Below are positions 48,121 to 59,327 of a DNA stretch of 64,000 nucleotides, piece after piece; positions within the stretch are counted from its first letter, which is position 1; the number at the start of each line of letters is the position of its first letter. Under the pieces are notes generated by a model, which worked only from the letters and a program-made list of their open reading frames with translations, had not been told where the DNA came from and made no database searches. The DNA is from Betaproteobacteria bacterium RIFCSPLOWO2_02_FULL_63_19 (GTDB lineage: Bacteria > Pseudomonadota > Gammaproteobacteria > Burkholderiales > SG8-39): positions 10,983 to 74,982 of the forward strand of contig MEQX01000024.1 of NCBI GenBank assembly GCA_001770415.1. The letters are read 5' to 3'. The position numbers and the translations under genes are program-made.

Positions 48121-49923
48121 CTAGCGTTTTAGACGCCGGATTGTGTTATTAAGCGTCTCGTTATCGGGGTGTTTGTTCGCTGCCTCGCCAAGGATCTTTT
48201 CGGCCTCCTCACGCTTGCCTGAGACCCAAAGTACCTCGCCAAGATGGGCCGCGATCTCCGGATCGGCGCGGCCGGCAAAAGCACGCTTCAGATACTTCAC
48301 GGACTCCTCGATCTGACCGAGTCGATAGAGTACCCACCCCATGCTGTCTATGATGAAATAGTCGGTGGGCGCAAGATTCAGGGCCTTTTCGATCAGTTCG
48401 CGGGCTTCGGCCAACCGCAGGTTGCGCTCGGCGAAGGTGTAACCGAGCGCGTTGTACGCATGGGCATGATTGGGCCGCAGTTGAATTACTTTCTTCAGAC
48501 TCGCTTCCAGCACGTCAAAGCGCTCGATCTTTTCGGCGAGCATCGCGTAGTCGTAGAGCAGGTCGGGATTCTCCGGCAGGCGCCCAAGGGCGTTCTCGAC
48601 CAAGGCAAACGCCTCTTGGTTGCGTTTTGCGTCGCGAAGTATCTGTGCTTCGGCGAGCGTAAGTTGCACGCGCTGTTGGTCGTCGGTTGCGTCCAGTTTT
48701 TGCAGACGGCCGCGCGCCTGTTCGATCCGGCCCTGCTTGGCCATGGCCTGCGCGTAGCGGATCTGCGAAGTCAGATATCTCTCACCCTGACCGACCTTTC
48801 CGTACCAGAGCAGCGCCTGCGGATAGTTCTTCTGCTCCTCCGCGATCTGGCCCAGATAAAGCAGGACGGTTTCCTTGTCCGCGAAATCAAGTTCAAGCAG
48901 CCGCTTGAGACTCGTTTCGGCGGCATCGTAGTCCGACAGCTGCATCGAGAGCAGCGCAACGGCATAAACGACGTCGGAATTGGCGGGAAAATCAGCGAGG
49001 AGCTTCTGGAATTCGTTGCGCGCCTCGGCAAAGCGCCGGTCCGCCACCAGCGCCCGCGCGTAGGCGAGTCGTACGTCGCGCGAGTTCGGATATCGCTGCA
49101 GATAGCGCGACAGCCGATCGAGAGCAGCCTCGACGGACCCGGGCTGGAGCAGACGTGCCTCCATAACCACCGCGGCTTCCCAGTCCGGCTTCAATTCCTG
49201 GGCCCTGCGGATCTCGCTGAGCGCGACTTCGCTCTGACCGGCGTTGGCGGCAGCCTGCGCCAGCGCGTAATGCGCCTGCGGCAGTTTGGGATAATCGTCG
49301 GTCAGCCGCCGCACGAGCGCCATCGCCGCCGACTTGTCCTTCGCCGACACCAACGAGCGGTTGAGTTGCATGAAAGCATCGCCGGCGTTCTCTCCCGCTG
49401 ACTCAAGCAGTTTTCCGAGATATGGATACGCCTCATCGAACCGCCCCGCGCCGACCAGCAGCCCTGTGAGAGCCCGCAGGGGACGAAGCGAATGGGGATC
49501 CGTTTCGTGCCACACTCGGGCAGACTCGATCGCAGCGGTACCCATGTGCGCAAACACGGCCAGTTCGGTTGCGCGACGAGCGACACGCGGATCGCGGGTG
49601 CGCTTGGCGAGGTCACCGTAGGACTGTGCGGCGATACCAATGTTTCCGCGCTGTGCAGCAATCTCTGCCAGCAGAAACTCGTACAGCACGCTGTTGGTAA
49701 GCTCCTGTTTGGGCAGTTCCAGTTCCCGCTCCTCGGTCGGTCGCGATGTGCGCGGTCTTTCAGACGCTTTCTGCGCGACCGCGGCTGTCGCCGGTGCGGC
49801 TCGCGGTGCTTCGGTCCTTGGCGCATTCAGCGCACAGCCCGAGAGCGCCATGGCCACGACAACGGCTGCGCCGCGCTTGACCGAGGGCGCAATTGACACG
49901 GGGAAAACGCGGGGCGGGAGCAT
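48121..49923 (-). CDS. TPR-repeat lipoprotein (conserved upstream of lolB)
   Basis: Lipobox LSGC; LLAEIAAQRG, NALGYTFA, DSMGWVLY, EIAAHLGEVLW. Confidence 0.88.
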   Translation of the reverse strand: MLPPRVFPVSIAPSVKRGAAVVVAMALSGCALNAPRTEAPRAAPATAAVAQKASERPRTSRPTEERELELPKQELTNSVLYEFLLAEIAAQRGNIGIAAQSYGDLAKRTRDPRVARRATELAVFAHMGTAAIESARVWHETDPHSLRPLRALTGLLVGAGRFDEAYPYLGKLLESAGENAGDAFMQLNRSLVSAKDKSAAMALVRRLTDDYPKLPQAHYALAQAAANAGQSEVALSEIRRAQELKPDWEAAVVMEARLLQPGSVEAALDRLSRYLQRYPNSRDVRLAYARALVADRRFAEARNEFQKLLADFPANSDVVYAVALLSMQLSDYDAAETSLKRLLELDFADKETVLLYLGQIAEEQKNYPQALLWYGKVGQGERYLTSQIRYAQAMAKQGRIEQARGRLQKLDATDDQQRVQLTLAEAQILRDAKRNQEAFALVENALGRLPENPDLLYDYAMLAEKIERFDVLEASLKKVIQLRPNHAHAYNALGYTFAERNLRLAEARELIEKALNLAPTDYFIIDSMGWVLYRLGQIEESVKYLKRAFAGRADPEIAAHLGEVLWVSGKREEAEKILGEAANKHPDNETLNNTIRRLKR

Positions 49924-50014
49924 GCCAGACCTGACTGTTACTGGCCTTACAGTTTAGGTATATTTGCCGGGCGCGACAAGAACAATAACCACTCAAACAA
50001 CAGCAATTTGTTCG

Positions 50015-50827
50015 ATGCCAGAACTGCCCGAAGTCGAGATTACCCGGCGTGGGATCGCGCCCCACATCGAGGGAAAGACCGTGACCGGAGTCGTGGTGCG
50101 GGACCGGCGCCTGCGCTGGCCGGTACCACGCGGTCTGAACAGGCATTTGAGCGGGTTGACGCTGCACCGCGTTACTCGGCGTGGCAAATACCTCCTGCTG
50201 GATTTCCACGAAGGTAGTTTGATCGTGCATCTTGGAATGTCCGGCAGCCTGCGCGTCGCCGACCCCAACTCGGCGCCCGGACCCCACGAGCACGTCGACT
50301 TGGTGTTCGGTCCAGTCGCACTTCGCTTGCGGGATCCGCGCCGTTTTGGAGCCGTCTTGTGGACAACAGGTGAGATCGCCGAACATCCGCTGATTGCGGG
50401 GCTGGGGGTCGAACCGTTGTCGCAGGAATTCTCCGGAACATGGCTCTACGCCGCCACACGAGGACGGCGCAGCGCAATCAAGGCGCTGCTGATGAATGCG
50501 GCAATCGTAGTGGGCGTTGGAAACATCTACGCAAGCGAGTCATTGTTTCGAGCCGGAATATTGCCGCGCACCCAGGCGGCTCGGCTTTCCCTGCCCCGCT
50601 GCGACAGGCTCGCGCATGCGGTCGCCGAAACCCTGAACGATGCGATCGCGGCAGGCGGATCGAGCCTGCGGGATTTTATACACAGCGACGGCGGCTCCGG
50701 CTGGTTCCAGCATCGGCACTTTGTCTATGACCGCGCGGGTCTGCCCTGCCGGGTTTGCGCAACACCGATACGCCTGGCTCGACTCGGACAACGCTCGACA
50801 TTCTGGTGCCCACGCTGCCAAAAATGA
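50015..50827 (+). CDS. mutM: Formamidopyrimidine-DNA glycosylase
   Basis: [29 protein letters not shown], zinc finger CRVC..CPRCQ. Confidence 0.97.
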   Translation: MPELPEVEITRRGIAPHIEGKTVTGVVVRDRRLRWPVPRGLNRHLSGLTLHRVTRRGKYLLLDFHEGSLIVHLGMSGSLRVADPNSAPGPHEHVDLVFGPVALRLRDPRRFGAVLWTTGEIAEHPLIAGLGVEPLSQEFSGTWLYAATRGRRSAIKALLMNAAIVVGVGNIYASESLFRAGILPRTQAARLSLPRCDRLAHAVAETLNDAIAAGGSSLRDFIHSDGGSGWFQHRHFVYDRAGLPCRVCATPIRLARLGQRSTFWCPRCQK

Positions 50828-50891
50828 GCAGCAAGTCCCAGCTAACACGACGCGACGGGTTCACCGAGCACGTCAAGTCCGTCGCAATGCC

Positions 50892-52297
<1,406 letters not shown>

Positions 52298-52387
52298 GGC
52301 GCGAAGCGGGGAACTTCATCGAGAGGAAGCTGATAGAATCGCGCCGCTATCATAGCGTGATTTCACGTCCACTCTCCGCCCATCTTC

Positions 52388-53383
52388 ATGCTCAGGCTGT
52401 TCAAGAATAGTGAACCAGGGGACAAGCCCGGCTGGTTCGACCGTCTCAAGGGCGGTTTGGCGAAGACACGCACGCAGCTCGGCGGCTTGTTCGCCGCACG
52501 GCGGATCGACGAATCGCTATTCGAGGAGCTCGAAACAGCTCTGCTATCGGCCGATGCGGGCGTCGCTGCGACCGAACATCTGATCACCGAGCTTCGCAAG
52601 CGTGCCAGGAAAAACCGGCTCGAGAACGCCGAACAATTGAAATCCGAACTGCATGAGCTAATGGTAGAAATACTCTCGCCGCTTGAGGTCTCGATCGACT
52701 GCGGGGCCCACCGTCCGTTGATCATCATGGTTGCGGGCGTCAACGGCGCAGGCAAGACCACGTCAATAGGAAAGCTTACGCATCTGTATCAGCGCCAAGG
52801 ACACACGGTCTTGCTCGCCGCAGGTGACACCTTTCGCGCTGCGGCGCGTGAGCAGCTAGCGGAGTGGGGCAAGCAGAACGGTGTCACGGTCGTTTCGCAG
52901 CAATCCGGCGATCCCGCCGCGGTGATCTTCGACGCAATCCAAGCGGCGCGAGCGCGAAATATCGGCATCGTGCTGGCCGACACCGCTGGACGCCTCCCGA
53001 CGCAGATGCACCTGATGGAAGAAGTCCGAAAGATCAAACGCGTGATCCGCAAGGCGGACGAGCACGCGCCGCACCATGTGTGGCTTGTAATCGACGCCAA
53101 CACTGGCCAGAATGCCGTCAATCAGGTGTGCGCATTCGACGAGGCGATCGGGCTGACGGGGATCATCCTTACCAAGCTTGACGGCACAGCCAAAGGCGGC
53201 GTAGTCGCGGCCATTGCGCTGGCGCGATCCAACCAGGCGTCGGCACAGGCCGATCGGGGAACTCGTCAATCCAAGGACGCGCCGGTGCAGCCCATTCCCA
53301 TCGCCTATGTCGGACTCGGCGAAGGACTCGACGATTTGCGGCCGTTCGTTGCCAGAGAATTCGTATCGGCATTGCTTGACTAG
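52388..53383 (+). CDS. ftsY: Signal recognition particle receptor FtsY (short NG type)
   Basis: GVNGAGKTT, GDTFRAAA, DTAGR, TKLDGTAKGG. Confidence 0.96.
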   Translation: MLRLFKNSEPGDKPGWFDRLKGGLAKTRTQLGGLFAARRIDESLFEELETALLSADAGVAATEHLITELRKRARKNRLENAEQLKSELHELMVEILSPLEVSIDCGAHRPLIIMVAGVNGAGKTTSIGKLTHLYQRQGHTVLLAAGDTFRAAAREQLAEWGKQNGVTVVSQQSGDPAAVIFDAIQAARARNIGIVLADTAGRLPTQMHLMEEVRKIKRVIRKADEHAPHHVWLVIDANTGQNAVNQVCAFDEAIGLTGIILTKLDGTAKGGVVAAIALARSNQASAQADRGTRQSKDAPVQPIPIAYVGLGEGLDDLRPFVAREFVSALLD

Positions 53384-53385
53384 CC

Positions 53386-54048
53386 TTGGGCACAGATCTC
53401 ATCAGTTTCAGCAAGGTCTGCAAACGCTACCCCGGCGGCTATGAGGCTCTGAAGGACGTCAGTTTCAGCGTCGAACCCGGCGAGATGGTTTTTGTCACGG
53501 GACATTCCGGCGCGGGGAAGAGCACTCTGCTCAAGCTCATCGCGGCAATGGAACATGCAACCTCCGGATCGGTGCTCATCGCCGGGCAGAACGTCTCGTC
53601 ATTGCGCCGTCCCGCGATACCGTTTCTGCGACGCAAGCTGGGTCTGGTCTTCCAGGACCAGAAGTTGCTCTACGACCGCAGCGCATTCGACAACGTCATG
53701 CTGCCGCTCGTCGTCACCGGCCATCCCTGGCGCGAAGCCGCCAAGCGGGCGCGCGCAGCGCTGGACAAGGTCGGGCTTCTCGATCGCGAGCGCGCAAATC
53801 CGATCGCTCTTTCAGGCGGAGAACAGCAGCGACTCTGCATCGCGCGCGCCGTGGTGAACAGGCCGAACATCCTCATCGCGGACGAGCCGACGGGAAGTCT
53901 CGACACCGAATACGCCGACGCGATCATCGATATGTTCCGATCGTTCAATCAAGTCGGCGTTACGGTACTTATTTCCACCCACGACGACCGACCGATTCGA
54001 AGGCTCAGTCCGCGCGTGCTGACATTGAACCGAGGCAGCCTGGCGTGA
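53386..54048 (+). CDS. ftsE: Cell division ATP-binding protein FtsE
   Basis: GHSGAGKST, VFQD, LSGGEQQR, ADEPTG. Confidence 0.93.
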   Translation: MGTDLISFSKVCKRYPGGYEALKDVSFSVEPGEMVFVTGHSGAGKSTLLKLIAAMEHATSGSVLIAGQNVSSLRRPAIPFLRRKLGLVFQDQKLLYDRSAFDNVMLPLVVTGHPWREAAKRARAALDKVGLLDRERANPIALSGGEQQRLCIARAVVNRPNILIADEPTGSLDTEYADAIIDMFRSFNQVGVTVLISTHDDRPIRRLSPRVLTLNRGSLA

Positions 54049-54953
54049 GAGCCTGGCTGCGCCATCACGCGTTGAGCTTTGCCCACACTGCTCGGCGATT
54101 TGCTGCCAGTCCGGCCGCGACGCTGCTCAACGCACTGGTCATCGGCGTCGCTCTCGCCCTGCCCCTCGGCGGACACGTTCTACTGGCTAATGTGCAGCAG
54201 TTTGCCCGCGGCATCGCCGCGGATGCCCAAATCAGCATCTTCTTGGCGCCGGAGGCCTCGACGTCCGAAATCGCCGGCCTGCAAAAGCGCCTGCGTGGGA
54301 CCCCAGGCGTGAGATCGGTCGCGTTCGTGAGCCGACAAGAGGCATTGGACGGGCTAAAACGCGTTCCGGGAATGGCCGAGGTGATTGCAACGCTGCGCGA
54401 GAATCCCCTGCCCGACGCGTTTGTCGCCACGCTTGCCGCGAGCGACCCCGAACTCGCGCAGCGCCTGGCGCGAGATTTCAAGAGCATTCCGCGGGTCGCC
54501 TATGTCCAGACCGACTCGGCATGGATGGAAAGGGTCCACAGCCTGCTTCGAGTCGGCCGCACGGCCGTGATGCTTGTGGGCGCGCTGCTGAGCTTTGCCT
54601 TGGTGGCGGTCACGTTCAATACCATACGGCTCCAGATTCTGACGCAGAGCAACGAGATTGAAGTTTCGAAACTGGTCGGAGCGACCAATGCCTACATTCG
54701 TAGGCCGTTCTTTTATTTCGGAATTCTCCAGGGCATTTTCGGTGGGGTCGTTGGCTGCGCAATCGTCGACATCGCGATATTGGTGCTCAACAACGATCTC
54801 GCGGGATTGGGAACGCTTTACGGCGCGAATGTTCGCCTAGAGCTTCTCGGCCGGTCAGACGGCTTCGCGGTTCTGACCTTTGCGGCAGTCCTTGGATGGC
54901 TGGGCGCATATGCGTCAGTGAGTAGACACTTATACAAAATAGAATCACAGTAA
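54045..54953 (+). CDS. ftsX: Cell division permease FtsX
   Basis: NPLPDAF, TFNTIRLQI, EIEVSKLVGATNAYIRRPF. Confidence 0.93.
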   Translation: MRAWLRHHALSFAHTARRFAASPAATLLNALVIGVALALPLGGHVLLANVQQFARGIAADAQISIFLAPEASTSEIAGLQKRLRGTPGVRSVAFVSRQEALDGLKRVPGMAEVIATLRENPLPDAFVATLAASDPELAQRLARDFKSIPRVAYVQTDSAWMERVHSLLRVGRTAVMLVGALLSFALVAVTFNTIRLQILTQSNEIEVSKLVGATNAYIRRPFFYFGILQGIFGGVVGCAIVDIAILVLNNDLAGLGTLYGANVRLELLGRSDGFAVLTFAAVLGWLGAYASVSRHLYKIESQ

Positions 54954-55045
54954 CCGAGTTTCAGGATGATCTCAATCCGGGCTTGCACCTCGGCCGCTGC
55001 CAGCCGGGATCCGTGGATACTCGGGTTCGAAAACCAATTCTCAAA

Positions 55046-55072
55046 TTAGCACTCTAACGCGTTGAGTGCTAA
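55046..55072. promoter_or_regulatory. CIRCE element (HrcA operator) upstream of rpoH
   Basis: Perfect TTAGCACTC-N9(TAACGCGTT)-GAGTGCTAA. Confidence 0.92.
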
Positions 55073-55153
55073 AATAGGGTCGAAATTTCTGGACTGGTCG
55101 CAGCTGCGGGCGGTTACAGGCAGGTACCTGATACGAATGGAGAAAATGCGAAT

Positions 55154-56005
55154 ATGAACAATGCCTTTGCATTGCCGGTTCCATTAACAGTCGGAAGCTT
55201 GGATAGCTACATCCACGCGGTGAACTGCTTGCCGATACTCTCCGCCGAAGAGGAGTTCAAGCTTGCTCGGAAATACCGGGCCCGGGAAGATATCGAGGCC
55301 GCGCACAAGCTCGTGCTGTCCCACTTGCGCGTCGTGGTATCGATCGCAAGGGGATATATGGGTTATGGACTTCCCCAAGCGGACCTGATTCAGGAAGGCA
55401 ACATCGGCCTCATGAAAGCCGTCAAACGTTTCGACCCGGAACGCGGCGTGCGGCTGGTTTCATTTGCGATCCACTGGATCAAGGCCGAGATCCACGAATT
55501 CGTTCTGCGCAACTGGAGACTGGTCAAGGTCGCCACGACCAAGGCGCAGCGCAAGCTGTTCTTCAATCTACGCAGCATGAAGCCCGGGTTCGATTCCCTC
55601 ACTCCAGCCGAAATCGACTCGGTGGCCGGAGCGCTCGGCGTTAAACCCGAGGAGGTCGTCGAGATGGAAACACGCCTCTACGGGCAGGACGTATCCCTCG
55701 AATCGAGCAGCGATGACGAAGACGACCGATTCGCCCCCATCGCGTACCTCAGCGATCCGGGAATCGGACCCGCACAGATTCTGGAAGCGGACGAAAACGA
55801 ACGGATGAACGCCAGCGGACTGGAAACGGCGCTGGCGAGCCTCGACGATCGAAGCCGCAGGATTATCGAGGCGCGCTGGCTGCGCGAAAAGGATACCGCG
55901 ACGCTGCACGACCTGGCGCGCGAGTACGGGGTTTCGGCCGAGCGCATCCGCCAGATCGAAGCAAAGGCACTGGCCAAGATGAAAAGCATAATGTCGGCGG
56001 CTTGA
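55154..56005 (+). CDS. rpoH: RNA polymerase sigma-32 factor
   Basis: DLIQEGNIGLMKAVKRFDP; RpoH box VATTKAQRKLFFNLR; VSAERIRQIE. Confidence 0.97.
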   Translation: MNNAFALPVPLTVGSLDSYIHAVNCLPILSAEEEFKLARKYRAREDIEAAHKLVLSHLRVVVSIARGYMGYGLPQADLIQEGNIGLMKAVKRFDPERGVRLVSFAIHWIKAEIHEFVLRNWRLVKVATTKAQRKLFFNLRSMKPGFDSLTPAEIDSVAGALGVKPEEVVEMETRLYGQDVSLESSSDDEDDRFAPIAYLSDPGIGPAQILEADENERMNASGLETALASLDDRSRRIIEARWLREKDTATLHDLAREYGVSAERIRQIEAKALAKMKSIMSAA

Positions 56006-56067
56006 GGACGGCCGCCCTTTGGCCAGTCGGAATTCACACAGGCCGGAACAAGACAGGGCCGATCCGT

Positions 56068-56646
56068 TCAGCCGCCGCTGAGCAGAATCCTTATTTCTGT
56101 CGCAAACGTGTCCACGTGCCCCTGCTTCACTAGCAAGCGCACCCGTCCCTTGGGATCGAACACGTAGATTCCGGCCGTGTGGTCCACCGAGTAGTTGTCG
56201 GGCCTGGAACCGGGCACTTTCTGATAGAACACTTTGAATTCCTTGGCAACACGGGCGGTCTGCTTCATATCGCCGTATAAGCCTAAGAAGTCAGCGTGAA
56301 AGGCGGGCACGTATTGCGCCAGCAACTGCGGCGTATCGCGTTGCGGATCCACCGTGACGAAAAGCACCTGCACGCGCTTGCCGTCATCGCCGAGTTGCTC
56401 GATGACCGATTTCAGGTGCGCGAGCGTGGTGGGGCAGATATCCGGGCAGTGAAGATAGCCGAAGAACACGACGAGCGCCTTGCCGCGGAAATCTGCGAGG
56501 GTCCTGCGTTTGCCCGTGTGGTCGGTCAGCGACAATTCGCGCGCATAGCCGGCGCCCGTGATATCCGCATTCTGGAATTTCGGCCCCGACGGTCCGCAGC
56601 CGGCAATCAGGAGCGCCGCACATGGGGTTGCCGCGAGCAGCCGCAC
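56068..56646 (-). CDS. SCO/SenC copper chaperone lipoprotein
   Basis: GTG start after cyoE stop; lipobox IAGC; FFGYLHCPDICP; TVDPQRDT; VDHTAG. Confidence 0.9.
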   Translation of the reverse strand: MRLLAATPCAALLIAGCGPSGPKFQNADITGAGYARELSLTDHTGKRRTLADFRGKALVVFFGYLHCPDICPTTLAHLKSVIEQLGDDGKRVQVLFVTVDPQRDTPQLLAQYVPAFHADFLGLYGDMKQTARVAKEFKVFYQKVPGSRPDNYSVDHTAGIYVFDPKGRVRLLVKQGHVDTFATEIRILLSGG

Positions 56647-56647
56647 G

Positions 56648-57535
56648 CTAGAACCGGACGTAGTGGTCCACGAGCAGTGCCGCGAACAGAACCGACAGGT
56701 AGGTGATCGAGAACCTGAATGTGCGCCGCGCCAGTTCATCGCTGTAGTCCAGATTCAGCCGCGCGGCGTAATGCAGGAACCGCCCTCCGAGCATCAGCGC
56801 AGTTGCAAGGTAGATCCAGCCGCTCATGCCGTAGGCGAAGGGAAACAGGCTGCAGGCCAGCAGAATCAGCGTATAGAGCAGCACATACAACACGGTAAAC
56901 CGGCGACCGTGGGTCACCGGCAGCATCGGCAAGCCTGCACGCGCGTAGTCTTCGGTGCGATACAGGGCGAGAGCCCAGAAATGCGGCGGGGTCCAGGCAA
57001 AGATGATCAGGAACAGCAGCAGCGCTTCCGGCGCGACCTCTCCGGACACGGCGGCCCAGCCAAGCACCGGCGGCATTGCCCCGGACGCGCCGCCGATCAC
57101 GATGTTCTGCGGCGTGAGCGGCTTGAGCAATATCGTGTATACGATCGCGTAGCCAAGGAAGGTACCGAATGTGAGCCACATCGTCAGGGGATTGACGAGC
57201 CGGTACAGAATCCACAGGCCGGCGCCGCCGATGAGGCCCGCGAACACGAGGGTCTGCAGCGGGCTCAACGTGCCGCTGGGCAGCGGCCGCGAACGCGTGC
57301 GCATCATCACTGCGTCGATCGTCCGCTCGAGCAGGCAGTTGACGGCAGCTGCGGCACCGGCCACGAGCCATATCCCGATGGTAGCCGCCACCAGAACGCC
57401 GGGCGGCACCATGCCCGGGGTTGCGAGAAACATACCGATGACCGCGCAGAATACGATCAACGCGACGACCCGCGGTTTGGTCAGCAGATAGAACTGACGC
57501 AGGCGATCCACGCCGAGATTGAGGGCCAATTGCAT
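56648..57535 (-). CDS. cyoE: Protoheme IX farnesyltransferase (heme O synthase)
   Basis: [55 protein letters not shown]. Confidence 0.95.
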   Translation of the reverse strand: MQLALNLGVDRLRQFYLLTKPRVVALIVFCAVIGMFLATPGMVPPGVLVAATIGIWLVAGAAAAVNCLLERTIDAVMMRTRSRPLPSGTLSPLQTLVFAGLIGGAGLWILYRLVNPLTMWLTFGTFLGYAIVYTILLKPLTPQNIVIGGASGAMPPVLGWAAVSGEVAPEALLLFLIIFAWTPPHFWALALYRTEDYARAGLPMLPVTHGRRFTVLYVLLYTLILLACSLFPFAYGMSGWIYLATALMLGGRFLHYAARLNLDYSDELARRTFRFSITYLSVLFAALLVDHYVRF

Positions 57536-57919
57536 GCGTGTATGTGCGGCTACCGAAGGGGTCGCCGGGGGGCCGTATGGTATCACGCGCCAACCGGTCT
57601 GGGAGGCGACGCGGCCCGCTACGACCCCGGCCCCCTGCAACATACCCCAGGTGTCTCTCGCGCACCGCCGGCGCCGAAGGGTGTACTGCGCGGCGCTTGG
57701 GGCGATCCGGCAGCCCGGCCGTGCGCTCGCGCCCGCGCGTCTCGAGCAGTAGACGCCGGCTCACGATCTGCCTTAATATGGCGCCGGTGTGACATTTGGG
57801 CTTTATTTTCTAGAAAAATAGGTATTGAGGGGTGGGATGTCGGGTCCGACGGGGATCCGTTTCTTCCAGCGGCGTCCTTCCCAATTACTGCGTCAGTCCA
57901 ATCATCCGGGGCCGAAGTC

Positions 57920-59275
57920 ATGATCCTAGCAGTTGCATTGGTGTTGTTGGTCGTCGGCTCGGTCCTGTTTCACTTTCTGAGCCCGTGGTACTTCACGCCG
58001 ATCGCCTCCAACTGGGGAATGATCGACGACACGGTATCGATCACGTTCTGGGTCACGGGATTCGTGTTCGTCGCCGTCAACCTGTTCATGGCCTATTGCG
58101 TGCTGCGCTACCGCCACAAGAGGGGCAGCCGCGCCGCGTACGAACCCGAGAACAAGAAACTGGAGGGCTGGCTCATCGGGTTGACCACGCTCGGAATCGT
58201 AGCCATGCTGGCCCCGGGCCTGCTCGTATGGGCAAAGTTCGTCGACGTCCCGAAAGACGCGGCGGTATTTGAGGCCGTTGGCAGGCAGTGGTACTGGAAC
58301 TACCGCTTTCCCGGCAAGGACGGCGTGCTCGGCGCCGTCGACGCCCGGTTCGTCAGTGACAAGAACCCGCTTGGCGTCAACCCGGACGATCCGTTCGGAC
58401 GCGACGACGTCCTGATTACGAGCCCCGAAGTCCACTTGCCGGTAGGCAAGCCGGTCAAGGCGCTGCTGCGCTCGCTCGACGTACTGCACGACTTCGCCGT
58501 GCCGCAGTTCCGCGTGAAAATGGACCTGGTGCCCGGCCTGGTCACTTACGCGTGGTTCACGCCGACTCGGACCGGAACGTTCGACATGCTGTGTGAAGAA
58601 TTGTGTGGCACCGCGCATTTCACGATGCGCGGCAAAGTCGTCGTTGAGGAAGAGCACAAGTTTCGGGAGTGGCTGAGCAGCTACCCGACATTCGCACAAT
58701 CCCTGGCCCGGCCGGCGGGCGATGCCGGCGCGGGCAAACCGCTCTACGCGACGTGCGCCGGCTGCCATGGCGCGCAGGGCGAGGGCAATCCCGCGCTCAA
58801 CGCCCCGAAACTGAGCGGGCAGGGAGACTGGTACCTGAAGCGGCAGTTGACCTACTTCAAGTCCGGCGCACGGGGTGCACACGAGCAGGACGTGTACGGC
58901 AAGCAGATGGCTGCGATGGCAGCGACGCTGGCGGACGAGACCGCCATCGACAATGTTGTCGCCTATATCGGAACGCTGCCGGATGCGCCGGCTCCGGGCA
59001 CGCTGAAAAACGATGCAGCCGAGGGTCGAAATCGCTACGTGACCTGTGGTACCTGTCACGGCCGCAACGGACGCGGCACGCAGGCGACGAACGCGCCGCG
59101 GCTCGCGGGCATGAGCGACTGGTACATGGTCAGGCAACTGGCGAACTTCAAGCAGCGGATACGCGGCGCCCACCCCAAGGACCCATACGGCCCGCAGATG
59201 GTGTCGATGGCCGAGATCTTGCCCGATGACAAGGCGATCGCCGACGTAGTTGCCTACATCAACACTTTCAAATGA
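57920..59275 (+). CDS. coxM: Cytochrome c oxidase subunit II (CoxM-type) fused to two c-type heme domains
   Basis: DVLHDF, CEELCGTAHFTM (CuA); CAGCH and CGTCH heme-c motifs, each followed by APxLxG and distal M. Confidence 0.9.
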   Translation: MILAVALVLLVVGSVLFHFLSPWYFTPIASNWGMIDDTVSITFWVTGFVFVAVNLFMAYCVLRYRHKRGSRAAYEPENKKLEGWLIGLTTLGIVAMLAPGLLVWAKFVDVPKDAAVFEAVGRQWYWNYRFPGKDGVLGAVDARFVSDKNPLGVNPDDPFGRDDVLITSPEVHLPVGKPVKALLRSLDVLHDFAVPQFRVKMDLVPGLVTYAWFTPTRTGTFDMLCEELCGTAHFTMRGKVVVEEEHKFREWLSSYPTFAQSLARPAGDAGAGKPLYATCAGCHGAQGEGNPALNAPKLSGQGDWYLKRQLTYFKSGARGAHEQDVYGKQMAAMAATLADETAIDNVVAYIGTLPDAPAPGTLKNDAAEGRNRYVTCGTCHGRNGRGTQATNAPRLAGMSDWYMVRQLANFKQRIRGAHPKDPYGPQMVSMAEILPDDKAIADVVAYINTFK

Positions 59276-59327
59276 CCGGATTCGCGCGTATCGCGTGTAT
59301 CGAAGAATCAGCGGAGAGGAAAACTCA

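Noticed and set aside
56558-57919. N-terminal half of the 905-aa ORF as a giant subunit II fusion
   Set aside because: Antisense to cyoE/sco; subunit II starts at 57920
57536-57919. cox15 pseudogene remnant or structured RNA upstream of cyoE
   Set aside because: No cox15-like hydrophobic peptide in the three minus frames; GC-rich hairpins match no family I recognise; only a TTTTCTAGAAAA palindrome near 57806-57817 of unknown significance
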